This document shows positions 44,626 to 57,402 of a DNA stretch of 64,000 nt, piece by piece (positions within the stretch are counted from its first letter, which is position 1; each line of letters opens with the position of its first letter). This DNA is from Oikopleura dioica. Taxonomy: Eukaryota > Animalia > Chordata. The position numbers and the translations under genes are program-made. Under the pieces are notes generated by a model. The model had not been told where the DNA came from, made no database searches, and saw only the letters and a program-made list of their open reading frames with translations. The stretch covers positions 8,804,001-8,868,000 of the forward strand of contig OU015567.1 of the NCBI GenBank assembly GCA_907165135.1. The letters are read 5' to 3'.

Positions 44626-47237
44626 ATGAAGTCAGCAGTGTTACTGACACTCCTACAAGCGGGCGTGGACTCGCATAGAAAACAGAGAAATAGCAACTGC
44701 CAGTTCGCAGTCAGGATAGAAGATGAGACGACGGCAGATGCAATAGCAGATTTGCTCAATTTGAGAAATGAAGGCATGGGCACACATCAAGGATTTAATT
44801 TGAAGGTCTTTCTATGAGGGGAATCGGCACCAGAATTTAAATTGAAGCTTCTGAAAACGTTTTGTGAATATCATTTTTATTCCATTTTGTGTCCCAAGAA
44901 ATGGTCCAATACTTGAAAACTACTGGCACTTTGTCTGCCACAGTCATCAAAAGCGACTCAGGCGCCGGTCGACAAGTTCAACTTCCATCAATCAATTGGA
45001 AGATTTCAAAAAGGTATCATCCCTTTGGTTTCCTCAAAAATAGTCTTACTCTCATCTATTCAGTTGTCACTGATCGCCGACTTCAGTAGACAAAAAGTCC
45101 TGAAAAGGGTAAAACGGGATCATCGGGAAGAAGAGACTCGAAAAAGCAGTAATAAATCTTCGAGGAGAAGAAACTTTGGCCATGAACTCGCTCGACATAG
45201 GCGGAATAGAGTCTTCTTCGGTGTTCACGGGCCGAGTGACATCCTCTACGATGCGATGTGGTACATCAAGGAAGACTTCAAAAACCGCCAACACACGACA
45301 AATATTCTTCAGTACAACAAGGACAAACACCTGCGGCATATGAACGTTGAGGCAGCGTGGGACCGGGGCTACTCGGGCGCCGGAGTAGTTGTCACGATTT
45401 TGGATGATGGAATTGAAACGGATCATCCGGACCTAAAACGTAATTACGACAAAGATGCCAGTTGGGACATGAATGATGGTGATGACGATCCAATGCTGAG
45501 GTATACTCCTGGAAACACAAACCGGTACAATTATGATAAATTTACAAAATCACCAACAAAAATAGACATGGTACCAGATGCGCTGGAGAAGTCGCTGCAA
45601 CCGCAGATAATGGAATTTGTGTCCCAGGAATCGCCTTCAATGCGAAGATCGGAGGTTCGATTTTGCCTTTTCATCTTTTATTCAAGAATCTAATTAGGAA
45701 TTCGTATGTTGGACGGGGAGGTAACAGATGCTATCGAAGCTCGCTCGCTCAAGTACAGAAATGACTACATCGATATTTATTCGGTCAGCTGGGGCCCCGA
45801 GGATGATGGAAAAACTGTCGATGGTCCGGCTGACTTGACACGATCGGCGTTTAAAAACGGAATTAATCAGGTAATATTTTTAAACAAAACTGGATTGTTG
45901 ATAAATAAGCTCAGGGAAGAAATGGAAAAGGTTCTATCTTCGTCTGGGCATCTGGTAACGGCGGAAAAGACAAGGACAATTGTAATTGCGATGGATACAC
46001 TAACCTACCGTATACTATCGCTGTTTCTTCGACGACGGAGACAGAGAATATTCCTTGGTATTCTGAGCCCTGCGCTTCAACACTGACGACGACTTACAGT
46101 TCGGGGACGAACAGTGAGAAGCAAGTTATAACAACCGACATCAACAAAAGTTGTACAGAGCATCACACGGGTAAATTGACGTCAATTCACTTTAGTAATA
46201 GCTATGTAAATGATTAAGGTACTTCCGGTTCTGCCCCAATCGCAGCTGGAATAATCGCCTTGACTCTGGAAGCCAATCCGAATTTGGGATGGCGAGACGT
46301 TCAGCATATTATTGTGCAGACTTCAAAACCTCAACTTCTCACTGCTCCGGATTGGCGAACAAATGGTGTTGGCAGAGAGGTAAGAGTCGATATTTACAGT
46401 TTCGAATTGTAATTCTGCTCTTTCAAGTATTCTCACCGATATGGTTTTGGGCTGATGAACGCTGGCGCAATGGTCGAATTAGCGGAAACATGGAGAAATG
46501 TTCCTCCCCAGCGCAATTGCATCCGCCAGATTGTCATCAACTCTAAGGGTTCTTCGCTCTATCCAGAAATCACGGAAGCCGACACAAACATTCCCTTCGA
46601 CCGCCCGCTAGAAATCGAATTCAACTTCGACTGTCCCGAAATTGACATGATCGAGCATGTCATGCCCGAAATTTCGCTCAAGTTCAAAATGCGCGGACTG
46701 CTCGCCATGCATCTCATTTCTCCGTCGGGAACGAATTCAACGATTCTGGGGCGAAGAGAGCACGATCAAAATCAACGAGGATTCAGTTCTTTTCAATTTC
46801 TGTCGGTCCATTTTTGGGATGAGGACCCTAATGGGACTTGGAAATTGCAAATTTTCAATACGGAACCAAGAACAAAATTCACAGGTTTTTATTCTCAGAG
46901 AAATTCTGTTCAGGCCAAGAACTTAGACAAAACCTCTTGAAGACATAGAAGAGTACACAACTCACTCTATTTTAACATTCCAATTTTAGGTCAACTAAGA
47001 AAATTCTCATTTCACGTGACAGGCACCTCATCATCACAAGAAAGAGAACCAATGATCCCCCAGAATCAAGATAACGGAGAAAGAACAGTTCAACTGAGAA
47101 ACTCGAAACTTGAATCTGACGATTCGCAAAACACGAAGACCAGTCAAACATCGAGGATAATGACGATGTCTTCCACTTATGCCATTTCATCATCAATAAT
47201 TCTACTCATCCTAAGCTTACTGTCGCTTTTCCTGTAA
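44626..47237 (+). CDS. Furin/PCSK5/6-like proprotein convertase (S8 protease + P domain)
   Basis: Signal peptide; prodomain cleavage KRVKR; catalytic motifs ILDDGIE, NR|[24 protein letters not shown]|GTSGSAP; P domain with WKLQI; hydrophobic extreme C-terminus. Confidence 0.93.
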
Positions 47238-47577
47238 CAGCCTGTCAGAAAAAGTTCTATCAGAAAGTCGTGATATGAACGATTTGTATACTCCTGTAAA
47301 TAACTGTACAATACATAACTTGGACGTACCTGGCTACCTCAGCAGAAAGAAAAAATAACAACACTGTAACAAATCAATTGTAAATAAATTGTCAAATAGA
47401 AAAACTTGTCTCCGCGATTAAAATCAAAACTGAGGGAAAGAGTCTGAAAAACAGGCGAAAAGTAACGGCTAGTTGCGCGATTGAAATCTTAGCCGGAGCG
47501 CGAAACCACATCACAATACGCATCACTCCGTAGTTTTGTCACTTCACCGAAAGAGCACCTATTATTCCACTTTCACG

Positions 47578-48313
47578 ATGGCTAGCAAGTTGAAGGAGCG
47601 CCAGTTTAGCTGGCAACCGACTTTGATTGAGGACTGGGGATTGGAAGAAGCGGATGAAGCGAGACCACTAGAGACTACAGAGAGCCCAGATAAGAGCAAC
47701 GAACCGAGCGGAAACGTTAGAAAGAAGAAACTCTCCAATCAATTTGCCTTTGACATGGTAAAATATTCGACTAATAAAGAAAATAAATATTCGTAAAGGA
47801 CATTTCTGAAATTGCGCGACCAGCCGAAGACCCGGAGGAAATCTTCGTCTTCTATGGACCATTGGACGAGTCGGAGTTTGAAACCGGCAGGTCGCTAACT
47901 GCTTGCTCGACTCCACGACCAGCGTCAACCGACGTTGACTGGCCCCCAGCGCCTGCGAGATGGTCTGATAGTAGCAGCCCTCAAGGTAATTTTCCCTCGA
48001 TTTTACCCCGTTTTCAAGATTTTTAGAGCCTACCGGCCTCTCCGCTCCACCTAATAGCTCTGTGTCGAGTTCTGAGATCAACACTGCGGACCTTTTTGCG
48101 TCGTCGCAAGAATCATCGTCGATGGAAGATGAGTCCAACTCGGCCCCCCTCTTTGGAATCAGTGACGTCTCAACGCCAGAAAGTGAGTCCAACTCTGGCC
48201 CCATCGTTGGAATTACTGAGCTCACAACGCCAGAAAGTGAACCAACTAGCGACAATGTTTTCCACCAGAGCAGCCCTGCCCAGAATCAAAAATCGCCCTC
48301 ATACTTTCAGTAA
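47578..48313 (+). CDS. Uncharacterised acidic, disordered protein with a 2x54-bp internal repeat
   Basis: Three exons joined by phase-compatible GT-AG introns; repeat ESNSAPLFGISDVSTPES / ESNSGPIVGITELTTPES at about 48130-48240. Confidence 0.6.
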
Positions 48314-48547
48314 ATCGCGATCATCCCTTCCACTATTATCAGTTAGTTTCTTATTCCTGCCGTCACATTCTTTATTAATACACTTTCGAAATTCTCGCAA
48401 CTTTGATAGTTTATTAGTACTTTGAAGATAGGAAAAACTTAGTGAACAAGGAGTGGTGTTAATGGAAGCTCGGAGATTTTTTCAATAGTAATAATGGTCA
48501 TGATAAAGTCGAAAATGCAGGATATATGTACAGGAATTTTAAAGACA

Positions 48548-51500
48548 CTATGCATGTTTTTGAAGAATTTTAAGAGCATAATCCGGATCGAAGTTTGCTC
48601 GCTGAAGTGCTTTTTGGCAGATGTTTTCGGGAAAGACTTGATATAGTCGTTGAGTCTAAATGAGTCTGTAGTTGTAGAAAAATGACGGAAGAAACCTACC
48701 TTTAATTGTTTAATTGCCTTAAGGGGGTAGAAACAGCTTTTTTCCGAAAAAGGCGATTTTTGACCGGCGCTTCAGACAAGAGAATCTTACATTTTCAAAT
48801 TTTCTCTTCAGGTTTAGATAGATACATCTTAGATCTAGGAACATCTCTCTCGAAATTTGTTTTAGTCATCAAGTTTTTGAGTAAGCGGGCTCAAAAGCAG
48901 CTCAACTCTCCGAAATTCTCGATTTTCGCAAATTTTTAAACACGTATATCTCGAGTCCCTTGATAGTTAAATATATTTCATTCATGTTTTTGTGAAGCTC
49001 AACCCTTTTTCTAGGAGCATTTATAAGGAGATTTCGTGAACATAAATAAATCTCAGGTTTTCTTTTATGTAGCTGCAGTCCAAAATCGAGAAAGCTGTTT
49101 CTACCCCCTTAAGGGTGTCCATATTTGTCCGTTCTAGGGCTTGTTTGATAGCAGCTTCGCTGGTAAATGGGCACTTTGCTGCAACACTGTCGATTTTCAG
49201 CCTCATCGCTTTTTGCTCAGTGATTGATTCTCGCTTTCGTCCTCTAGCAAAGATATCCCTTTCTTCCTCCCTTTCGGGAATGCTCTTCGGTTGTGAGTTT
49301 TCTTTCACTTCGGAAGTTGCGAAGGCGGAAACTGGCTGGTATTTCTGTCTTAATGCACTAACTGCATCAGAGGCTGACATAAATGCTAGTTTCGACATGT
49401 CGTTATTGATGGATTTCTCATTTTCTTTGGCTTTTTGATTGGGAATTCCTATTGATGTCTGACGGGAGGGTGGAATTACTTGAGCTGTTTTCTGTGGGCT
49501 GATCATTGAGTTGGCTCTTTTTGGAAGCGACGATCGCTTTTCTTGGTTTTCAAGGTCGAGGCGATGAGATGGAAAAGTGTTCATGCTTGATTGAGCTTTT
49601 CTCTCCAGCGTTCTAGAATAAAATTGTAGGTGCTTGATCTAATGTAAGGAAAACTTACGCTTCTCTCGGTGAAATGATAGTTGAGTTTGTTTCTTGATTA
49701 TTTTTGACAGGGAAATTTCGTGGCGGCTTTGAAGGAATGATTTTTTCTTCGGAGATTTCTTCCCTTGACTCTGTCTCTGGTGGTGGAAAGCTTGGGACTT
49801 TATCTTGCGTTGGCGAGGAGAAATCAACCCAATCACGAGTTAAATTGTCATTTCTGACATTTTGTGGATTCTTTGTTTTTACGATCTCTAACGGAAGTTT
49901 CAGTGGAGACGATTCTTCGTTGATTGTTTCTCCAGGACTCTCTTTTCGTACTTCTTCGACTGGTATTGTAACTGGCTCAGAATCAGGCTTTGTGTTCTTT
50001 TTATTGAACCAGCTAAACGCATCCTCGAGGTTTATTTCTGGCTTCATTGATTTTTCCTCGTTTCTGGGAGAATACTTTGGCGCGAAGGGATTCGTATCTG
50101 AATTCAACCAGTTTGGCTGTTTTGTGGGAGACTGAGGCTCCGGAGTTTTACTTCTTTCTGCTATTGCGGGATATGAAGGTCGTATCGGTTGAGGCGTGAT
50201 CGATCGATTTTCAGTGATGGGATTGAGGGGTCGAATGGAAGGGGTCAACACTGGAAAGGACACAGGAAAGTGATTCGATGAATCAGGCTTTTGAATGGGA
50301 ACTAATGCTGAATCAGCAGTTGGGAATGACAATGAGAAATCAACAGGAAAGTGGTTGCTTCCAACGATATTTTGATTACCATTCTGCAGAAACTCTGGAT
50401 TGTGGTTGAAAATATCTCGTGTCATTTGCCCTCCATCGGTAATGGTCAAGTTTGATGCTCTGTTGATCAATTCTAGCTCTTTTCCAAGCGCATCCATTTC
50501 GTCACTATCTTCGTCCGTTTCTGGAGTTACTTGGTAGACTTCGTTATAGTTGCTTGCGCTTTCTCTTGAGTTGGTTTCTGTGAGGTTTTGCGATGAATAA
50601 ACCTCATTGTAGTAATTTTGATTTTGCGCCATTCTGCTGCCACTTCTCGTTACGTCGATACTCGATCCTCTATAGAAAGAGGCATCAGATTCAAAACTGT
50701 CGACCCTCTCTGAAGAGTAAATTCGAGGTTGCTTGTTTTCATCGTCAGACGAAGATTCGAATGAATCGTAGGTCCTGGTGATTTCAGGCTGAGGAGCTAC
50801 TTTATTGCTTGATGCTCTGATTTGCCTTCCTATTTCTCTATGCATATCCTGGAATGATTTCGGTGGCGCTTTCGGAGTTGGTTGTTCTTTATAAACAGGT
50901 CTTTCCGCTAGCTCCTCGGAGAGAGAGCCGAGAAGATCCATCCCCTGCGCCGTAGGATTCACTTGATTTTGATTCGGCTCGGGTTGTTTTACCGAAACTG
51001 GGCCACTAACGGGCCTTGGTGGTGGCCGCCGTTTGGAGACAGTTTTCTTTGGAACAATCGGATTCTCCAATATGCTCGGGTCAATTTGATCCGCTTTGCC
51101 CCACGATGTTCCTCCCTTTCCATCTCCGTGAGCTGCATGGATGAAACTGTCCGGGACTGGCGCTGAAATGTCGCTTTTGCTGACTCGCGCTCGCCCCAAG
51201 GATCCTGCTTTGCTCCCTTTGGTCCCAACTGGTCCCAGGAGCGTCATAGAAATAGGACCGATGGCGAGGCTCGAAGAATTCTGAGCAAGAGCGATTCCTT
51301 CGCGAGTCTTGATAATGTGAACAGTATCACCAGCGTTGACCTTCAATCGATTAGGATCGCTGCATTGAGCGTTTACTTCTGCTTCTTTTGGCATTAGCTC
51401 GCTCAGAATCTTGTAAAGATCGCTGAAACTAGGCCGTAGTCGCGCATCGCTCAACCAGCATTTCTGAGCAACCACCCAAAAATCACTAGTGATTTTTCCT

Positions 51501-52646
51501 GGCTCGGCGAGTCGCTCGCCAATTTTCAGTTTTCGGACAATTTCGACCGCCTTTACGCCAGACCAAGGGGAGAGACCGTAGTTGAACATTTCCCATACAG
51601 TCACTCCAAAGGACCAGACATCGGATTTCTCCGAAAACGTTCTCTTCGTCAGCGATTCAAGGGAGCTCCAAGCGATTGGGATTTTGCGATCTTCCGACAT
51701 AAGATATTCCCCGTTTTCATTCACTCTTCTCATTAATCCAAAATCGCCGACCTTGACTTCATTTTGGTTGTAAATCAAAATGTTGCGCAACGCAAGATCG
51801 CGATGGACAAACTTCTTTGAGGCCAAATAATCCATGCCTTTTGCAATTTGAACGGAAAACTCACACAATCGGAGGACGCTGAAATCACGCTGCTTTCTCA
51901 GTCGGGTTTGGAGAGATCCTCCTGGCGCGAGTTTCATCACCATCTTCAGCGGTTGGGAAAGGACGATTCCGTAAAGAGGGAGGAGATAACGATGGTCCAG
52001 CTCCGCCATGACACTGATTTCTTCGAAAAAGTCGTAAATTGCGTTCTTGTCCGCTTCATCGCCGAGCTAATCGAAAAATAATTAAATTCTTCTTGACGAT
52101 TCACCAAAGATAGGAATTCAAGGAATTCGGAAAAGTACCTTGAGCGTTTTAATAGCGACATCGATTTTGCCGCCTGGGGAAGTCCATACGCCCTCGACGA
52201 CGATTCCAAAAGTTCCATCTCCGAGTTTCTTTCCTTCCGCTAAGGAGGATGGGTTAATCAAGGCGCCTCTCTGGTCGATGGTTTTAACAGAGTTGCTGTG
52301 GTAATTCAGTGTTGGTAGATTCTTTCCATACTGAAAAATGACATTTAAAACAATAATTTCAGCTGGCTTCTAGTGGGACCTGTTTCAGATGTTTCTTATT
52401 CCGTTTCTTTTCTTTTTTCACCGCTGCAAGAAGCCGTCTTTGAGCAGGTTCAGATAATCCAATCGAGCTCAAGAAATTTGGAGTTACATGGTCGAAATGT
52501 TCCGGAAGAGTGATATCCGCATCCTGAATGAGTTTTTTAGTTTTTTATTGATTCTTTTGAAAAGCCAATTTTACCTTGAACTTGAGAAAGTAGTTTTCCA
52601 AGCGGACAGAGACCAATAAGTCACGCAGCCAAATACTATCCGTCAT
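48548..52646 (-). CDS. TNK2: ACK1/TNK2 non-receptor tyrosine kinase (SAM, kinase, SH3, CRIB, Pro-rich, UBA)
   Basis: SAM-like MTDSIWLRDLLVSVRLENY; kinase FVHRDLALRNIL, VGDFGLMR, IPIAWSSLESL, SDVWSFGVTVWEM; CRIB ISAPVPDSFIHAAHGD; UBA AIKQALERTNMDTLK|AIKQLK|TQRLYQVFPENICQKALQRANFD. Confidence 0.93.
48723..49108. mobile_element. TTAA-targeting MITE (Kolobok/T2-like) inserted in an ACK1 coding exon; probable intron
   Basis: Perfect 18-bp TIRs GGGGGTAGAAACAGCTTT / AAAGCTGTTTCTACCCCC; TTAA TSD at 48719-48722 and 49109-49112. Confidence 0.92.
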
Positions 52647-53097
52647 TCTTCTCTTTTTGCACTACTCATAACTTAGACTCCTAGTTTTAGAAAAAAGGTG
52701 TTGTTGCTTTCGCCCGATTTATTGTCTCTCCAAATATATGACCTTTCGCGTCATCTCTCGCTTTTCTGAAAAGAACAGCAACAATTAGCTCAATTATTTT
52801 TAATGAAGCCGTTGAAGGCCTCGATTAAAAAAGTACTCGTCAAAAAGTGACAAATCTGATGGATAGTGAGTCGTTTATGAATTCATGCCAGGAAGATTGA
52901 GTGTCTTTATTTTGAATGAGTAATTAGTTTATTGAAAGTTAAACAAGAAATCGAAAGGAATTTTCAATACTGGAACTTCGAAAAACATCAGTTTTACTTT
53001 TGGAACGGCTGTTTTACAGTGTTATTGAACAGTTAGTTGACTTAGAAACAGGTAGACTGAGTTGGAAAAAGGACTTCGGATTTCTTCTTCTTCGTTT

Positions 53098-53429
53098 TTA
53101 GCAAGAAGGAATGTTGTAGTGACCTTCGCTAGAAAGAAGTCGATGAGTTCGCAAGTGTTTCTCAGTGGTGCAAGCTGCAGGTGGAGTAGCTGGGACGCAA
53201 ATTCCTTGCCAAGTGCCGTAGTCTTTAGTTCCAGTGCATTCGTCGAGGTATGGAAGGTCCAGATAGCCAGGAGCGTGAGATCCTCGGCTTTGGCCGATAA
53301 GCATAGGAGAGGCCTAAAAATTAATTCGATAAAACATTCAAAGGCGAAGAATCTTAATTTTTCTACAAAAATCAACTTAGACTTTGATTTTACCTGAAGA
53401 AGACCAACAAGGGCAGCAAAGATCTTCAT
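53098..53429 (-). CDS. Small secreted protein (83 aa, 4 Cys), unknown family
   Basis: MKIFAALVGLLQ|ASPMLIGQ...ECTGTKDYGTWQGICVPATPPAACTTEK...NIPSC*; GT-AG intron 53393-53314. Confidence 0.65.
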
Positions 53430-53688
53430 TCTTTCTATCTCTATATTTTCTGAATTCTGAACCCGTCGTGTTTCTTGACTTCTCAAAGGCGCTAAAAGAT
53501 CACAAGACCCTCTTCAATCAATGATTCATCCGATTTCAATCGCCGCTGGCTACTTTCAGGCGCCTACGTCATCTTCCCACACGGCGCGTCATTTGTGAAA
53601 AACGCCCACGCCAGTTTTTCTTCAAGGCGCATTTTTTTCCTTTTTTTGAACGAGATTTTTCGATGAGAAAATGATAGTTTATCGAGTG

Positions 53689-55477
53689 ATGAAATTGTTG
53701 TGTTTTCTTTTCGTAAATCTGGCGAGAGCAAAGGATGAGTTCTTCTCTTCTTTCGCTCACATGGAGAAATTAATGGAAGAAGAGGAGATTTTAATCGAAG
53801 AAATTTCAGGTAAAATGAGACTTCAAATGTATTTTTTATTCAACAAAAAAGATTTGAAAGTCAAAATAGGATTCTTACTCTTCAATTTTCGCTTTTAGAT
53901 TATCTTTCTTCGGAAATCCATCGACTGGACAAGCTCAAAACTGTGATTTCGACAATACAATCAGAACGCGGGTCATCCTCCTACCAAGACCACCTTTCCC
54001 ATCCAGTCAATCAATATCGCCTGATCCGTCGTTTCACGAAAGAATGGGTAGATATCAACCGCCTCCTGGAGAACCCCGAAAATCCTCCCGAGTTCGAAGA
54101 ATTGCTGCTCAACCACGACGAAATCACTGGGGCTGCTCAAGCGTTGTCCCGCCTTTCCGACGTCTACCAAATCGAACCAATTCATTTTGCGACGGGGAAT
54201 GCCACCAGAAACGCTCCGCAGCTCTCGTTCGAAGATAGTTTCAAAATTGGTAACGCGCTTTACAACAAACAGGAGTACTATCACTGTACAAAGTGGATGC
54301 GAGCAGCGAGAGCGCTTATCCCCCAGCCGGACAATACTGTTTTCCCGAAATACAGTGACTTACTCGACTACGAAGCCTTCTGCTCCTCGCATAGTGGAAA
54401 CACGCCGCGCGCGCTGGCCCTGACGGAAGAAATTTTAAAACGAAACGATCACAGCGAGCCAGAACGAATCGAAAGCAACTGGCGATATTACCAGAGCAAA
54501 ATTTCAGACTTTGACAGCTTTCCAAACGATTATCTCGAGCGACCCAGCCATTATAACCCAGAAGAAAGACAAAGATACGAAGAACTTTGCCAGTTGGGCT
54601 ATGATAACGAAAACATCCTCCGAGACAACAACGATGATGAACTTTCATGTTACTTTTTCAAAGGTCATGAAAATGACTTCTTCTCTCGATTGGGGCCATG
54701 GAAAGTGGAGGAAATCGCCAAGAAGCCTTATGTTGTTCGTTTCTATGAAATTCTTTACGAAGATGAAATTGATGCCCTCGAACGGTAAATTATCTCCTTT
54801 TTACACTTCGTTTCAACCTCGATTTCAAACACTGAAAATTCAGTCTTGGAGAAGAAAAACTCGCGCGAGCGACTGTATTCGATCCAGCAACACATAAACT
54901 CGTCAATGCCGACTACCGTGTTTCGAAATCAGCTTGGCTCAAAGACGAAGACTCCAAGATCGTCGCCACTTATAATCGACGTATTTCGCGACTGACAGGG
55001 CTCGATTTGGAGTACGCCGAGCAGCTGCAAATGTCAAACTACGGTATTGGCGGACAATACGAGCCGCATTTTGACTATTCTCGACGAGAATGGGACATTT
55101 ACAACAACCGGCGAATCGCTACTTGGGTATGTTTTTCTTGATTGAAAACAACAATCGCTAACTGAAATTTAGCTTTCATATTTGACGACAGTCGAACAAG
55201 GCGGAGGAACAGTCTTCACAGAGCTCGGTCTCCATATTCGATCGATCAAGGGCTCGGCGGTTTTCTGGTACAATTTATTGCCAAATGGCTCTGGCGATGA
55301 AAGAACCCGGCACGCCGCTTGTCCCGTTTTAAGGTACACTCAGGGTTTTACGAGCAGATTAAACAATGATTTAACAGGGGCAACAAGTGGGTCTCGAATA
55401 AATGGATCCATGAATTCGGCAACGAATGGAATCGACGATGCCGCCTCGACGAGGAAGCTGACAATCTTTTCCTATAA
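53689..55477 (+). CDS. P4HA: Prolyl 4-hydroxylase alpha subunit
   Basis: Signal peptide; HLSHPVNQYRLIRRF; TPR region; YRVSKSAWL; LQMSNYGIGGQYEPHFDY; RIATW; VEQGGGTVF; GSAVFWYNL; RTRHAACPVL; GNKWVSNKWIHE. Confidence 0.95.
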
Positions 55478-55833
55478 AAAGACCAAGTTTTAGAATATTT
55501 AAATCGCAATCTTTGAAACCCTTATTGACCTATCTTCCAAACCAAGCAACTTACAATCTGTTACACATGTCTACTTTCCCTCTACTGACTTACACAACTT
55601 GATATCTTGCCTTATCTTTGCTTCAACAACATAATTTCTTCAAGCCATATTAGTCCCAATCCTTCATTTTCTACTTTTAGACAGAGAAATCCGTAAATTC
55701 TTCCCGAACTCATCGATAAAACTCGGTAGGTAAAATTGCATGCACCCTCCTCATGTCATGAACATCACTGTTAGTTATCAATTTGTGTTGTCGTTTGTTC
55801 GACCATTCTTCTTTTAACAGTTAATTTTCATAG

Positions 55834-56059
55834 CGAAAAAGAGAGAGAGAGTCCTCGTGAGTCCCCAGAAGCTATGAAAAACAGTGAGAAAACAGAAACC
55901 AGAACTAGAAAAATAAGAAATAGAAAAAGCCGCCGAAGAAGCGCAGAAATCGCAAAGTCATCTTTTGAGAATACAGAAAACATGAATTTTTGATTGACTG
56001 AGTGAGAAACCCAGAAAATGAAGAAAGCTAAAGAAACTAGAAACATGAAAATTGAAAGA
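55834..56059 (+). promoter_or_regulatory. Candidate AGAA-rich autoregulatory cassette exon in the tra2 5' intron
   Basis: About 16 AGAA tetramers in about 200 nt; acceptors at 55820, 55833 or 55868; GTGAG donor at 56060; contains a short uORF. Confidence 0.55.
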
Positions 56060-56163
56060 GTGAGGTCCGGAAGACGAAAAAGAAAAATACTTTTTACATG
56101 GCCATTTTGCACAATTACGTTTAAGAAGATAAAGATTTAGGAATAAATCAAGCAGCAAGAATC

Positions 56164-57076
56164 ATGGGTGGCTCCAGAGAACGTTCGCTAAGCCACGATT
56201 CCGACAGCAGGTAAAACTTCGTAGTCAATTATTTTCCTTACTAAAATCATAGAAGACGTTCCCGCTCGTACTCGCGAGGTCGCAGAAGCAGATCTCGATC
56301 GGGGCGACGAAGCCGATCCCCTGATCGACGAAGAAGATCTCGAAGTGACTCCCGGGGATCGCACCGCGGATCTCGACGAAGCCGATCTGCTTCTCCATCC
56401 AAGTACCGAAAGCAGCGACACTTTGGCGATCGAAACGATCCCAACAAATCTCGATGCTTAGGTAAACTCCCACTACCATACTTTTTCTCATCATTTTCAA
56501 AGGTGTTTTCAACCTTGGCCGAAGAACAACTGAAGACGAGTTCCGACGAACCTTCGAGCGATATGGAAAACTCGAGGTAAAAGTTCTTTTTTCAATGTCA
56601 TTCCTCCTTTTTCTAGAGTTGCAAACTCGTTTACGACCAGAAGCGAGAAGAATCCCGAGGCTTCGGCTTCGTCACTTTCGAAAATATTGAAGACGCGATC
56701 TACGCCAAGAAAGATGCCACAGGCATGGACATCAGCGGTCATGAGTACGAGTCTTTCTTTCACTTTCCCTTCTTAACTTCGTTTAGAATCCGAATCGATT
56801 ACAGTATCACCAAGCGAGCTCACAGCCCTACTCCTGGTTGCTACATGGGATCGAAGGGTGGCAGAGGCGATCGACGAGGTAAATAACGCCTTCTTTTTTT
56901 TCGTTACTCATTCTTTATTAGGTTACCGACGATCCCGCAGCCGTGACCGCTACTCTCGCCGATCTCGCTACAGCCGAAGCCGATCTCGGGAGCGAAGACG
57001 GTCTCCCTCGCCTTACCGCCGCCGATCGCCATCCCCTTACTACTCTTCCCGACGAAGCCGATCCCGCTCTCGCTAA
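56164..57076 (+). CDS. TRA2: Transformer-2 (TRA2A/B-like) SR-related splicing factor
   Basis: RS1 - RRM (SRCLGVFNL...[10 protein letters not shown]) - [22 protein letters not shown] linker - RS2. Confidence 0.95.
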
Positions 57077-57402
57077 AACACGATTTTGTCCATTGCCCTT
57101 CTTGTTAATTCTTGATCTTTTAGGCTAATCATTATTCTGAACTCCTGTCGCATCAAACTAAATCCCAAAAACACCCTCAAGTCTCCTGTCTCGCTCAATT
57201 ATTTTAACCCTGAATAGCAAGTAAACAGTAGGATCATCCTGTCAGTACTGATGTTTGAAAGTTACTTTTACTGAAGTTGGCGAGCATTAAAGCGTAGTTA
57301 CAGTAATTACAGCTCTATTTTTCCTTTTACGAACTTACACAGCCATTTAAAATTTCAATAAAATTGAGTCCATGAGGATTACCGTCGGATTTTTACTGTA
57401 GA

